Positions 19,174-29,146 of a DNA stretch of 64,000 nt are shown here, one piece after another (positions within the stretch are counted from its first letter, which is position 1; the number at the start of each line of letters is the position of its first letter). The DNA is from an uncultured Chromatiales bacterium. GTDB lineage: Bacteria; Pseudomonadota; Gammaproteobacteria; CBFCYW01. The stretch covers positions 5,171 to 69,170 of the forward strand of contig CBFCYW010000006.1 in NCBI GenBank assembly GCA_965602395.1, written 5' to 3'. The notes beneath the pieces are model-generated. The model had not been told where the DNA came from. It searched no databases and saw only the letters and a program-made list of their open reading frames with translations. The position numbers and the translations under genes are program-made.

Positions 19174-19590
19174 TCAAATCTCGACCGCGCTCATCCAGAC
19201 GCCATCGCGACTGCAGACGCTCAGCGCATAGAGCTCGCCACGGTAGCCGGGCAGGTGGAACTGAGAGACGGCGCGGGTGTCGCCGCGCGGGTCGAAATGG
19301 TGCTCCGCGAGCAGTTGCATATCGCCATCGAGCAGCGCGTGGCGCAGGATGTGGTGCTCCTCGCCCATCTCGTGGCGATTGCTGATCACCACCTGCAAGC
19401 CGCCACCACTGGCCGGCCAGGTGTCGATGCGCGGCATGTGGCCCTGGGCGCGATCGCCACAGCGCTCGCTGTGACAGCACTCGACAGCTCCAGCGCCGCC
19501 GCACCAGCGCGCCAGCTGGCCTTCGTCGCAGCAGGTCGCATCGAGCACGCTGATCGACCGGGCCTGGCGCGTGGTTACAGTCTGTCGCAT
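19174..19590 (-). CDS. desulfoferrodoxin/superoxide-reductase-like protein with altered metal site
   Basis: GHMP, RHEM, EHHI and YALSVCSRDGVW align to SOR ligands (KHxP, HPM, HxI, CxxHGxW); start uncertain. Confidence 0.6.
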   Translation of the reverse strand: MRQTVTTRQARSISVLDATCCDEGQLARWCGGAGAVECCHSERCGDRAQGHMPRIDTWPASGGGLQVVISNRHEMGEEHHILRHALLDGDMQLLAEHHFDPRGDTRAVSQFHLPGYRGELYALSVCSRDGVWMSAVEI

Positions 19591-19855
19591 GGCGCTGGTT
19601 GCCCGCTGTCCACCAGCCATTGCGGCAGTGCCTTGCGGCACGCACATCAAATCATTCCGTCCCATCGCGTCGGTTCTCCGTCGTTCGTTCCGGAGGGCAC
19701 AGACTAGGCTTGCCACAACGGGCGCTCTGTGGCTTCGCTCTCGTTATCCACGGCAAAAAGCGTGCGCCGATCGCGATTCGCCGGCGGATGCGCGCTATTG
19801 AGACATGCGCGCCACCGGTGCCGAAAACCCGGCGCTGGTGGCGAAAGAATCGTCC

Positions 19856-20485
19856 TCACACGCTGGTGATGTGGAAGCTTTGCGGGGTCTGCTGCTGGCA
19901 TTCGAGGCGCACCCCAAGGTCGCGCAGGATACCGTCGCGCAGCGAATAGATCACCCCGTGCACCGCCAGTGGCTGCTCGCGCAGCCAGGCGCGCTGGACG
20001 ATGGGCGTCTGGCTGACGTTGGCCACCTGCTCGACCACATTCAGCTCGCAGAGGCGATCCACCCGCTGCGCTTCGTCGAGCGCATCGATGCTTTCGCGGT
20101 GCTTGTGGTAGACGTTTTTGAGACTGTGCAGCCAGCTGTCGATCAGCCCGTGCGAGGTGTTGGACATGGCCGCCGCGACGCCGCCGCAGCCGTAGTGGCC
20201 GCAGACGATCACATGCCGCACCTTGAGCACTTCGACGGCGAACTGCAGCACCGACATGCAGTTGGCATCCGAGGGCAGCACGATGTTGGCCACATTGCGG
20301 TGCACGAACAGCTCGCCGGGGTCGAGACCGACGATCTGGTTGGCCGGCACGCGGCTGTCGGCGCAGCCGATCCACAGAAACTCCGGACTCTGCTGGCCAC
20401 ACAGGCGGGCGAAGAAGTCGGGATCGCGAGCAGTCATCTCGGCGGCCCAGCGGCTGTTGTTGCGGTACAGGTCCTCGATATCCAT
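19856..20485 (-). CDS. can: beta-class carbonic anhydrase
   Basis: WIGCADSRVP, FVHRNVAN, GHYGCGG. Confidence 0.95.
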   Translation of the reverse strand: MDIEDLYRNNSRWAAEMTARDPDFFARLCGQQSPEFLWIGCADSRVPANQIVGLDPGELFVHRNVANIVLPSDANCMSVLQFAVEVLKVRHVIVCGHYGCGGVAAAMSNTSHGLIDSWLHSLKNVYHKHRESIDALDEAQRVDRLCELNVVEQVANVSQTPIVQRAWLREQPLAVHGVIYSLRDGILRDLGVRLECQQQTPQSFHITSV

Positions 20486-20528
20486 TGCTTTCCTCTCTGG
20501 GTTTTCAGTGTTCAGGCGTTTTCAGGAT

Positions 20529-21383
20529 TCAGGCGGCGCGGCGGATGACCAGCCACATGGCGGTCAGCAGCAGCGCCGCGGCCAGGTAAAAGGCCGGCTG
20601 TGGCAGCTCGGCGTAGAGCAGCGCCGCAGCGAAGCCGGCCCAGATAAACTGCCCGGTGTTGACGATCGACACCAGCTGCCCGCGCAGGCGGCGCATGGCG
20701 AAATTCAGCGCCGAGTGGCCGATCACCGTCGATACCAGCGCCAGTCCGGCGATCATCGCCAGTTCGTAGAGCGAATACTCGGGCAGCGGTTCGCCCAGCG
20801 CCAGCCCCACGACCAGGGCAAACAGCCCGGCCAGCAGATAGACCGGCAGCAGGTACAGCCACAGGCTGGCGAAGTGCCGGTGCTTGCGCGCCAGCACCAG
20901 GTAGACGGCGAACAACAGCATCGACAGCAGGCAGATCAGATCGCCCCACAGGTAGCCGGGGTCGATGTCGAAATCGCTGGCGGTGAGCAGCAGCATACCG
21001 ACCACCGCCAGCGCCGTGGCCAGCCACTCGGCACGGCGCAGGCGCTCGCCAAACATCGCCAGCAGCAACAGCGGCATCACCAGCGGTACCAGGCTGACCA
21101 GCAGCGTGGCGTTGGCCGCCGGGGTCATCCGCGCACCCAGATTCCAGGCGATGAAATGCAGGCCGAGCACGATGCCCGGCAGCCAGGCGTGGCCCAGCGT
21201 CTCCGCCAGCGAGTACTGGCGATGGCGGCGCTGCTCCCGCCACCACAGCGGCGCCAGCACGGCGGCGGCGATCAGCGTGCGCCAGGCGGACAGCAGCACC
21301 GGGTCCTCGGCGCTCTCGCGGATGAAGATCGCCGACAGAGCGCAGGCGATCACGCCGCCCAGCAGCACCGCGTAGTTGAGCAT
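20529..21383 (-). CDS. DMT/EamA-family transporter
   Basis: About 10 TM segments, LGLHFIAWN, TVIGHSALN; TGATG overlap with ampG. Confidence 0.85.
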   Translation of the reverse strand: MLNYAVLLGGVIACALSAIFIRESAEDPVLLSAWRTLIAAAVLAPLWWREQRRHRQYSLAETLGHAWLPGIVLGLHFIAWNLGARMTPAANATLLVSLVPLVMPLLLLAMFGERLRRAEWLATALAVVGMLLLTASDFDIDPGYLWGDLICLLSMLLFAVYLVLARKHRHFASLWLYLLPVYLLAGLFALVVGLALGEPLPEYSLYELAMIAGLALVSTVIGHSALNFAMRRLRGQLVSIVNTGQFIWAGFAAALLYAELPQPAFYLAAALLLTAMWLVIRRAA

Positions 21384-22738
21384 CAGCCCGCGCTCGCCGC
21401 CGGCGCACCGCGAGCCGCATCGCGCAGCAGCCAGACGCACAGCAGGATCGCCGGCAGACCCAGCGCCGCGGCGTACAAAAAGAAGTGGGCGTAGCCCTCG
21501 GCCTCGACCACCAGCCCGGAAAAGCCGCCGAGGAATTTCGCCGGCAGGGTCATCAACGAGGAAAACAGCGCGTACTGGGTGGCGGTGTAGGCCGTCGAGG
21601 TCAACCCCGACAGCCAGGCGATGAAGGCCGCGGTGGCCAACCCACCGGCGAGGTTGTCGGCGCTGATCACCAGCGCCAGCCCGGCGACACTGGGACCGAT
21701 GCCGGCCAGCCAGGCGAACAGCAAATTGGTGATCGCCACCAGCGCCGCGCCCAGCAGCAGCGGTCGCTGCACGCCGAAGCGCATCACCAGCAGTCCACCG
21801 AGCGCGGTGCCGGCCAGCGACATGCCGAAGCCGAACAGCTTGGCGATCTCGGCGATCTGCGTCTTGCTGTAGCCGAGATCGAGATAGAAGGGATTGGCCA
21901 TCACCCCCATGGTGATGTCGGAGAGCTTGTACAAGCCGACCAGCGCCAGTATCAGCAGCGCGCGCTTGCCGTTGCGGCTGAAGAAATCGACAAAGGGACA
22001 GACCACCGCAGCGACGAACCAGCCACCGGCATCGCGCAGCAGTTTCGGCAGATGGCCGTTGCGGGCGATGAAATCCAGCGCGCGCCGCTCGGCCTGCGCC
22101 GGCTGCGGCTGATGCTCGGGCTCGCGCACCAGCAGCACGGTGACCACGCCGACGCCCATCAACGCGGCCATCGCCAGATAGGCGCCGCTCCAGCCGGCGA
22201 ACTCGGCGGTGTACAGCGCGCCGGCGCCGGCCACCAGCAGGGCCACGCGGTAGCCGAAGATGTACATCGCCGCCATCGCGCCCTGATATTCCGGATCGGC
22301 GGATTCGATGCGAAAGGCGTCGATGCCGATATCCTGGGTCGCCGAACTGAAGGCCACCAGCACCGCGAACAGGGCGATCGGCAGCAGATCCTCGCGCGGG
22401 TCGGCCAGCGCCATGCCGGCCAGCCCGGCCATCACCCCGAGCTGCGCCAGCAGCATCCAGCTGCGGCGCCGGCCGAGCCAGCGGGTCAGCCCCGGGATCG
22501 GCAGTCGATCGACCACCGGCGCCCAGAACACCTTCACCGAAAAGGTGATCCCCACCCAGCTGAAGAAACCGATGGTGGCGCGCGATACCTCGGCCTCGGT
22601 CAGCCAGGCGGAGAGCGTCGAAAACACCAGCAGAAACGGCAGCCCGGCGGCGAAGCCGAGAAAGAACAGCGCGACCACGCGCGGATTGGCGTAGGCCGCG
22701 GCCGCTTCGCGCCAGCTGTGCAGGGGTTTTGCGGTCAC
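21383..22738 (-). CDS. ampG: muropeptide MFS permease AmpG
   Basis: LGFAAGLPFLL, KVFWAPVVD, GRRRSWML, SATQDIGIDAFRIE, YTATQYAL. Confidence 0.93.
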   Translation of the reverse strand: MTAKPLHSWREAAAAYANPRVVALFFLGFAAGLPFLLVFSTLSAWLTEAEVSRATIGFFSWVGITFSVKVFWAPVVDRLPIPGLTRWLGRRRSWMLLAQLGVMAGLAGMALADPREDLLPIALFAVLVAFSSATQDIGIDAFRIESADPEYQGAMAAMYIFGYRVALLVAGAGALYTAEFAGWSGAYLAMAALMGVGVVTVLLVREPEHQPQPAQAERRALDFIARNGHLPKLLRDAGGWFVAAVVCPFVDFFSRNGKRALLILALVGLYKLSDITMGVMANPFYLDLGYSKTQIAEIAKLFGFGMSLAGTALGGLLVMRFGVQRPLLLGAALVAITNLLFAWLAGIGPSVAGLALVISADNLAGGLATAAFIAWLSGLTSTAYTATQYALFSSLMTLPAKFLGGFSGLVVEAEGYAHFFLYAAALGLPAILLCVWLLRDAARGAPAASAG

Positions 22739-22748
22739 GCTTGCTCGC

Positions 22749-23522
22749 TCACAGGGGGTGGTCGTAATCGATGGTCAGTGGCGCGTGATCGGAGAAGCGC
22801 TGGTCGCGGTAGATCTCGGTGTTGAGCACCTTGCCGCGCAGCCCCGGCGTGGTGATCTGGTAGTCGATGCGCCAGCCGGTGTTGTTGGCCCAGGCGTTGC
22901 CGCGGTTCGACCACCAGGTGTACTCGTGCTCCGCCTGCGGCAGCTCGCGAAAGGCATCGACCCAGCCGCACTCGTCGAACAGCCTGCTCAGCCAGGCGCG
23001 CTCCTCGGGCAGAAAGCCGGAGTTTTTCTGATTGCCGCGCCAGTTGCGGATGTCCGCTTTGGTGTGCGCGATGTTCCAGTCGCCGCAGATCACCGTCTCG
23101 TGACCGAGCGATTTGAGCTGCTGCATGTGCGGCAGAAAGCGCTCCATCAGCCAGTATTTGAAATCCTGCCGCTCTGCCTTCGACGAGCCGGAAGGCATGT
23201 ACAGCGAGACCACCGCCGTGTCGGCAAAGCGCGCTTCAATGTAGCGGCCCTCGCGGTCGACCTCTTCGATGCCGAGGCCGACGATCAGCTCGCGCGGCTC
23301 TTCCCGGCAGTAGAGGGCGACGCCGCTGTAGCCCTTTTTTTCCGCGTCGTGGTAGTGGCAGTGGTAGCCGGCCGGGTGGAAGATCGCGTCGCCGAGCTGG
23401 TCGATCTGCGCCTTGGTTTCCTGAATGCAGACCACATCCGCGGCCTGCTGCGGCAGCCAGTCGAAAAAGCCCTTGCGTGCAGCGGCGCGGATGCCGTTGG
23501 CGTTGAGGGTAGTGATGCGCAA
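22749..23522 (-). CDS. xth: exodeoxyribonuclease III / AP endonuclease (ExoA/Xth family)
   Basis: TTG start after GGAG; NANGIRAA, QETK, GYSGV, GDWN, WWSNRG, GWRIDY, SDHAP. Confidence 0.92.
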   Translation of the reverse strand: MRITTLNANGIRAAARKGFFDWLPQQAADVVCIQETKAQIDQLGDAIFHPAGYHCHYHDAEKKGYSGVALYCREEPRELIVGLGIEEVDREGRYIEARFADTAVVSLYMPSGSSKAERQDFKYWLMERFLPHMQQLKSLGHETVICGDWNIAHTKADIRNWRGNQKNSGFLPEERAWLSRLFDECGWVDAFRELPQAEHEYTWWSNRGNAWANNTGWRIDYQITTPGLRGKVLNTEIYRDQRFSDHAPLTIDYDHPL

Positions 23523-23682
23523 GGCGGTTCTCCGGTGGTCGCGGCGCGATCTGGCAGGGTGACACGACAAGTTTCGGTGGCAGGCGTCACGCCGCGCTGC
23601 ACCGCGCCGGCCACGGCGGCGTGTATCATACGCGACTGTTTCGCCCACGCGAGTCCACGCGACCCGCCAGCCGAGCCAGATC

Positions 23683-24354
23683 ATGCAGGACTATCAGCGC
23701 GAATTCCTCGACTTCGCCATCGACCGCGGCGTGCTGCGCTTTGGCAGCTTCACCCTCAAATCCGGCCGCGTCAGCCCGTACTTCTTCAACGCCGGGTTGT
23801 TCGACAGCGGCGCCGCGCTGGCCCGTCTCGGCCGCTACTACGCGCGCGCCATCATCGATTCGGGCATCGAATTCGACCTGCTCTTCGGCCCGGCCTACAA
23901 GGGCATCCCGCTGGCCGCCGCCACCGCGGTGGCACTGGCGGACGAGCACGCCCGCGACGTGCCCTGGTGCTTCAACCGCAAGGAGGCCAAGGACCACGGC
24001 GAGGGCGGCTCGCTGGTCGGTGCGCCACTGGCCGGGCGGGTGCTGCTGATCGACGACGTGATCACCGCCGGCACGGCAATCCGCGAATCGCTGCAGATCA
24101 CCGCCGCCGCCGGCGCCGAGCTGGTCGGCGCGGTGATCGCCCTCGACCGCCAGGAGCGCGGCCAGGGCGAGGCATCGGCGATACAGGAGCTGGAGGCGCG
24201 GCACGATATCGGCATCGCGCACATCGTCGCGCTGGAGGACATCGTCGCCTATCTCGAAGCGCGCGGCGATCGCGCCGCGGATTTGCTGGCAATCAGGAAC
24301 TATCGGGCAGAGTACGGCGTCCATGCTGGTGCAACCGCCGTCGGTCACAGATAA
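23683..24354 (+). CDS. pyrE: orotate phosphoribosyltransferase
   Basis: [37 protein letters not shown]. Confidence 0.97.
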   Translation: MQDYQREFLDFAIDRGVLRFGSFTLKSGRVSPYFFNAGLFDSGAALARLGRYYARAIIDSGIEFDLLFGPAYKGIPLAAATAVALADEHARDVPWCFNRKEAKDHGEGGSLVGAPLAGRVLLIDDVITAGTAIRESLQITAAAGAELVGAVIALDRQERGQGEASAIQELEARHDIGIAHIVALEDIVAYLEARGDRAADLLAIRNYRAEYGVHAGATAVGHR

Positions 24355-24424
24355 TCCACTCGCCCGACCGCGCTTGGTCTAGAGTCAGATAAAACCACAC
24401 CACCATCACACACCTGCCTCACCG

Positions 24425-25135
24425 ATGCACCGCAACAGCCCAGCGCGCCCGAAGCAGCCATCCACCGACACGGTGGCCTCATCGCATAACCGCTTGCCGC
24501 ACACGGCACTGCTCGCCTGCCTGCTAGTCATCGCCAGCCTGCCCGACTCGTCTCAGGCCGGGCTTTACAAATGGGTCGATGAGCAGGGCAACGTCCACTA
24601 CGGCGACCGCCCGCCGGCGGATCCGGACACCGGCCATCAGCGCTACAACGAACAGGGCGTGGTGGTGGACAGCAAGCCGGCGGCGCTCACCGAGGCCGAG
24701 CGCGAAGCGGCCCGCGCGGCCGAGCGCCGGAGACGCCAGCAGGCCGAGCGCGAAGCGGCTCGCCAGCTCCGCGATCGGGTACTGCTGGAGACCTTCACCA
24801 CCGAGCGCGATCTGCTGCTGGCGCGCGACGACCGCATCGGTGCGCTGGACGCGACCATCGCACTGTCGGCCAAGCACCTCAACAACTGGAACGACAAACT
24901 GGCGCGCGTCGAGGGCCAGATCGCCGATCTGGCCGAGCAGTCGGAGGATGCACCGCAGCTACTGCTGGATGAGCGCGCTTCGCTGCGCCGCAAGATTGCC
25001 GGTGCCGAGAAGTTCAGCGCGCAGAAGATCGCCGAGCGCAGCGCACTGGCAGAGCAGTTCGAAGCCGACATCAGCCGCTACCGCGAGCTGCGACGCGAGC
25101 AGGCCGAAATGATGGAGCAGCTGGGCAATAACTGA
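24425..25135 (+). CDS. DUF4124-domain exported protein with coiled-coil
   Basis: LYKWVDEQGNVHYGDRPP after a signal-like segment; start uncertain. Confidence 0.82.
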   Translation: MHRNSPARPKQPSTDTVASSHNRLPHTALLACLLVIASLPDSSQAGLYKWVDEQGNVHYGDRPPADPDTGHQRYNEQGVVVDSKPAALTEAEREAARAAERRRRQQAEREAARQLRDRVLLETFTTERDLLLARDDRIGALDATIALSAKHLNNWNDKLARVEGQIADLAEQSEDAPQLLLDERASLRRKIAGAEKFSAQKIAERSALAEQFEADISRYRELRREQAEMMEQLGNN

Positions 25136-25202
25136 GGGCGGCGCCCGCCGCCCCCGCAATCATCGGTAGAGATCGGGCCAGGCGCGACCCGATCAGAGTG
25201 TA

Positions 25203-25880
25203 CTACTGGCCCCCGGCCAATTCCTCGCGAGCCAGCTGATCGACAATCTTCATCATCCGCGGGTAGCTGCCGGCCAGCGAACCGCTGGTCTTGTACTTGC
25301 CATTGATCGCCACTGCCGGCACACCCTCCAGCTCATAGCTGCGCGCCAACTGCGTGGCGCGGTTGAGCTGCCCCTGCACGGCGAAGGAATCCATGGTCTT
25401 GCGGAACTGGTCGCGGTCGATGCCCAGCGAAGCGGCGAAATCTGCCAGCTCATCCTTGCCGCTCAGCTTGCGGCGCTGCTTGTGGATGGCGTCGAACAGC
25501 GGGTCGTGCAGGGTTTCGGTGACACCCAGCGCCTCAGCGGCGTAGAAAGCGCGCGCGTGGTTTTCCCAGCTCGGATTGAGCGGCGGGGCGACGCGTTTGA
25601 ACACCACGCCCTCCGGCTTCTCCGCCAGCCAGGCCTGCATGCTCGGCTCCAGCCGATAGCAGTGCGGGCAGCCGTACCAGAAGAATTCGATTACTTCGAC
25701 CTGGCCCGCTTCAACCGACGTGTTGCGCGCCGGCTCCAACCAGTCGTAACCATCTTCGACGGCGCGCGCACTCTGCCCGGCACCCAACAGACACACGGCG
25801 GCAAGGCCGGCGCAGCCTCTGGCGAGAACCAGCCGTCGGGCAGGAGAATGGCGGTGATCGGTCGGGGTGCTCAATGACAT
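25203..25880 (-). CDS. dsbA: thiol:disulfide interchange protein DsbA
   Basis: EFFWYGCPHC, GVPAVAINGKY. Confidence 0.93.
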   Translation of the reverse strand: MSLSTPTDHRHSPARRLVLARGCAGLAAVCLLGAGQSARAVEDGYDWLEPARNTSVEAGQVEVIEFFWYGCPHCYRLEPSMQAWLAEKPEGVVFKRVAPPLNPSWENHARAFYAAEALGVTETLHDPLFDAIHKQRRKLSGKDELADFAASLGIDRDQFRKTMDSFAVQGQLNRATQLARSYELEGVPAVAINGKYKTSGSLAGSYPRMMKIVDQLAREELAGGQ

Positions 25881-26003
25881 AGGGATATCTCCTCAGCAAA
25901 TTGTGGACGCGGATATGACCCACACAAGTGGCGGAGGTTGCATGAGCAGCAGGAAAGCCGCTGCGGCCACCGCGCGCGGCGACCGCAGCCACATACAGGC
26001 CCT

Positions 26004-26612
26004 TTAGTGCAGGCCCTGGATGTAATTGGCGACGGCCTCGATCTCGGCGTCGGTCATGCGCTTGGCGACCATGCTCATCATGCCGCTGGGGTCGTTATCG
26101 CGCGCGCCGCTGCGGAAATCCTTCAGCGTCTTGGCGGTGTAGGCGGCGTGCTGTGCCGCCAGCGCCGGATAGGCCGCCGGCGGGTTGCCCTTGCCCGCCG
26201 GGCCGTGGCAGGCGATGCAGGCGGGCACTTCGGCCTCGGTGATGCCGCCGCGATAGATGCTCTCGCCGAGATCGAGATTGTCCTCGCTGGCCGCCGCCGG
26301 GGCGTTACCCTGCGACGCGTAGTAAGCGCCGAGATCGGCCATGTCGGCCTCGCTCAGACCGGCCACCATGGGCGCCATGCTGGCATCCTGGCGCGCGCCG
26401 GATTTGAAATCGGCCAGCTGCTTGGCGGTGTACTTGGCGCCCTGACCGGCCAGCTTCGGGAAATTGGGCGCTGCCGAATTGCCGTCGGCACCGTGGCAGC
26501 CGGCGCACATGGCTGACTTGGCCTGGCCATTGGCCGCGTCGCCCGCCGCCTGCGCCGCCGTGGCTGCCACCAGTGCGATGCCTGCCAGACCGGCGAGAAG
26601 CATCTTCTTCAT
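26004..26612 (-). CDS. diheme cytochrome c4
   Basis: Signal peptide, CAGCH and CIACH heme motifs, PKLAGQ; divergent from yihA. Confidence 0.93.
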   Translation of the reverse strand: MKKMLLAGLAGIALVAATAAQAAGDAANGQAKSAMCAGCHGADGNSAAPNFPKLAGQGAKYTAKQLADFKSGARQDASMAPMVAGLSEADMADLGAYYASQGNAPAAASEDNLDLGESIYRGGITEAEVPACIACHGPAGKGNPPAAYPALAAQHAAYTAKTLKDFRSGARDNDPSGMMSMVAKRMTDAEIEAVANYIQGLH

Positions 26613-26783
26613 CGCGTTCACTCCTCAAATACATTGCAATGCGAAATCCGGGCTGCGCTGCGGGCCTTGTGAGGCCGCGCGCGGCGGAAAAAACCCGCAA
26701 ATCATAACAGACTCGCCGCGCCCTTTCATGCGCCGCAGCGAGTAGAATTGTGCGCCCGCAACATGGCCAGGGAGCCGCTCGGC

Positions 26784-27434
26784 ATGAATCCTCTCTACGC
26801 TCGCGCGACCTTCGTCACCGCGGCGCACAATCTGCGCCAACTGCCCGATGACAGCCTCGCCGAAGTCGCCTTCGCCGGGCGCTCCAACGCCGGTAAATCC
26901 AGCGCGCTGAACACCATCGCCGGCCACGGCAAACTGGCGCGCACCAGCAAGACCCCCGGGCGCACCCAGCAGATCATCTGCTTCGGGCTCGGCGACGGCC
27001 GCTATCTCACCGATCTGCCCGGCTACGGCTACGCCAAAGTGCCGAAAAAGCAGCTCGACCACTGGCGGCAGACGCTGACCCGCTATCTCTCCAGCCGCGA
27101 GCCGCTGCGCTGTCTGGTGCTGGTGATGGACGTGCGCCACCCGCTGACCGATTACGACTGGCTGCTGATCGAGGCCGCGACGCGCGGCAATGTGGCTCTG
27201 CACTGCCTGCTGACCAAGGCTGACAAGCTGTCGCGCAGCCGCGCCATGGCCGTGCTGCACGCGACCCGCAAGGCACTGGAGGAGGCCGGCGTGGAAGCCA
27301 GCCTGCAATTGTTTTCGGCACTCAAAAAAAGCGGCGTCGACGACGCCCACGAACTGCTCGACGAATTCCTCGCCGAGATCCCGCCGGATGCCCGGCCGGC
27401 GGCACCGGACGACAGCTCAACACCAGACCGATGA
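26784..27434 (+). CDS. yihA: ribosome biogenesis GTPase YihA/EngB
   Basis: GRSNAGKSS, SKTPGRT, DLPGYGY, TKADK. Confidence 0.95.
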   Translation: MNPLYARATFVTAAHNLRQLPDDSLAEVAFAGRSNAGKSSALNTIAGHGKLARTSKTPGRTQQIICFGLGDGRYLTDLPGYGYAKVPKKQLDHWRQTLTRYLSSREPLRCLVLVMDVRHPLTDYDWLLIEAATRGNVALHCLLTKADKLSRSRAMAVLHATRKALEEAGVEASLQLFSALKKSGVDDAHELLDEFLAEIPPDARPAAPDDSSTPDR

Positions 27435-28418
27435 GGCCACGCGGCGGCCGACCGGCTCGCCGCGGGAATTGTCGATGATCGGCGCAAACCAGTCGGCGAG
27501 CGCCTCGGTCTGTCCCGGATCGAGCACGCGAAAGCGCTGCAACAGCGCGCCCAGAGCGACCTCCGAAGCGGCGGTGTTGCCGTCGTCGATCTTCAGCGCC
27601 ACGCCCAGACCCAGCTCCGGCAGCGCCGCGGCGTAGACTCCGTCGGCACCGACCTTGGCCTGCACCTGCTGCCCGGCCCGCTCCAGCAGCGCGCTGCACA
27701 ACCGCCGCTCCCCGGCGACCATCAGCGGCTCCGCCTGCAGCGCGGCGCGGATCTGCTCGATGGCATCGCGCCGCTCGGCGGCCAACCCGGACGGATCGGC
27801 GAAACGCGCGTAAGCCTGCGCAAGGCGCGCCAGCGGCAGCGCCAGCACCGGGATGCCACAGCCGTCGGTGGCGCGCGGCAGGCGCTCGGCATCGACTCCG
27901 GCCATCTCCCCCAAGGCCGCCATCCAGCGCCGCTGGACGATATGCCCGGGCTGGCTGTAGCCACGCGTCGGCGCATCCAGATAGCGCGCCAGGGCGAGCA
28001 TGCCACTGTGTTTTCCGGAGCAGTTGTGCAGTAGCCGACGCGGCTCGCCGCCGCCGCGCAGCCAGGCTTCGCCGGCGGCGCGCATCGGCAGGGCGGGGCC
28101 GCATTCGAGATCGTCCTCGCCCAGCTCCAACGCCGCCAACCAGTGTTCGACGGCCTCAGCGTGGCGCGCTTCGCCATTGTGCGAGGCGCAGGCCAGCGCC
28201 AGCTGATCAGCGCGCAGCGCCTGTGCCGCGGCGGCACCCGACTCGACCAGCGGCAACGCCTGCAGCGGCTTGGTCGATGAGCGCGGGTAGACCGGCGTGG
28301 CCACATCGCCGAGGGCAAAGTGCAGTCGCCCCGCCGTATCGCACACCGCCAACGCACCGCGGTGGCGGCACTCGACCAGTTCGCCCCGCCAACTCTCCAC
28401 CAATACCGGATTATCCAT
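27417..28418 (-). CDS. L-asparaginase II family (Rhizobium AnsA-type)
   Basis: RSSTKPLQAL, ACASHNGE, NCSGKH, DGCGIP; GGAGG RBS. Confidence 0.9.
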   Translation of the reverse strand: MDNPVLVESWRGELVECRHRGALAVCDTAGRLHFALGDVATPVYPRSSTKPLQALPLVESGAAAAQALRADQLALACASHNGEARHAEAVEHWLAALELGEDDLECGPALPMRAAGEAWLRGGGEPRRLLHNCSGKHSGMLALARYLDAPTRGYSQPGHIVQRRWMAALGEMAGVDAERLPRATDGCGIPVLALPLARLAQAYARFADPSGLAAERRDAIEQIRAALQAEPLMVAGERRLCSALLERAGQQVQAKVGADGVYAAALPELGLGVALKIDDGNTAASEVALGALLQRFRVLDPGQTEALADWFAPIIDNSRGEPVGRRVASSVWC

Positions 28419-28543
28419 CTCGCCTCCCATTGCCGTTTTCGCCGCCAATGACCCGCGGCGACGATAGCACGTGGGGAAATTTTTGACGGAACGCAGACCA
28501 ACCCGCGCCGGACTAATCCATAGTGCAAGCGAAGCGGAGAAAG

Positions 28544-29092
28544 ATGATGCCCGGCACAGCGACGACACACAGCCCCCGGCGGGTTCGCACCTGCTTGACG
28601 ACAGCGCTGATCGCGGCGCTGCTCAGCGCCTGTGCCGGCCTGCCGCGAATGTTCACCGAACCGATGCCCGATGCGCCGGATATCGCCGCCGTGAGCGCGG
28701 CGCCCCAGTCCCACGTTGGCGAACGGGTGCGTTGGCGGGGGGTATTTCTGACCGCGCGCCAGATCGGCGACAACGGGCTGCTGGAGTTGGTCGATGATGC
28801 CCGCGCACCCGCGCGACGCTTCTTCGTCCAGCTGCCCGGCGGCGCACCCAGCGGCGAGCAACCGGGGCGCGAACTGACCGTGGTGGGGCGGCTGGCGGAA
28901 CCGCTGCGCGAGGAGATCGGCGGCCGCGTCAGCCACTTTGCGGTGATCGAAGTGGAGAGTTCCGAGCAGCTGTTGTGGCACACGCCCGCGACGCGCTGGC
29001 ACTACGCCAACCAGCCGCTGTACCACCCCTATCTCGACTTCCCCTGGTACCGTTGCGAGCGGCTGTCCGGCGGCTACTGGCGCTGCCGCTGA
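28544..29092 (+). CDS. Slp-family outer-membrane lipoprotein
   Basis: Lipobox LLSAC, GERVRWRG, GRELTVVG, Tyr/Pro/Trp-rich tail. Confidence 0.72.
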   Translation: MMPGTATTHSPRRVRTCLTTALIAALLSACAGLPRMFTEPMPDAPDIAAVSAAPQSHVGERVRWRGVFLTARQIGDNGLLELVDDARAPARRFFVQLPGGAPSGEQPGRELTVVGRLAEPLREEIGGRVSHFAVIEVESSEQLLWHTPATRWHYANQPLYHPYLDFPWYRCERLSGGYWRCR

Positions 29093-29146
29093 GCAGGCCT
29101 TATTGCGCGTCCGCCGGGCGCGCGGCAGGCAGGGGCGGCAAGCGCG

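Noticed and set aside
19744-19752. DnaA-box-like TTATCCACG (similar 8/9 matches near 504 and 61607)
   Set aside because: Isolated imperfect matches with no cluster or unwinding element; oriC is expected beyond dnaA, outside the window
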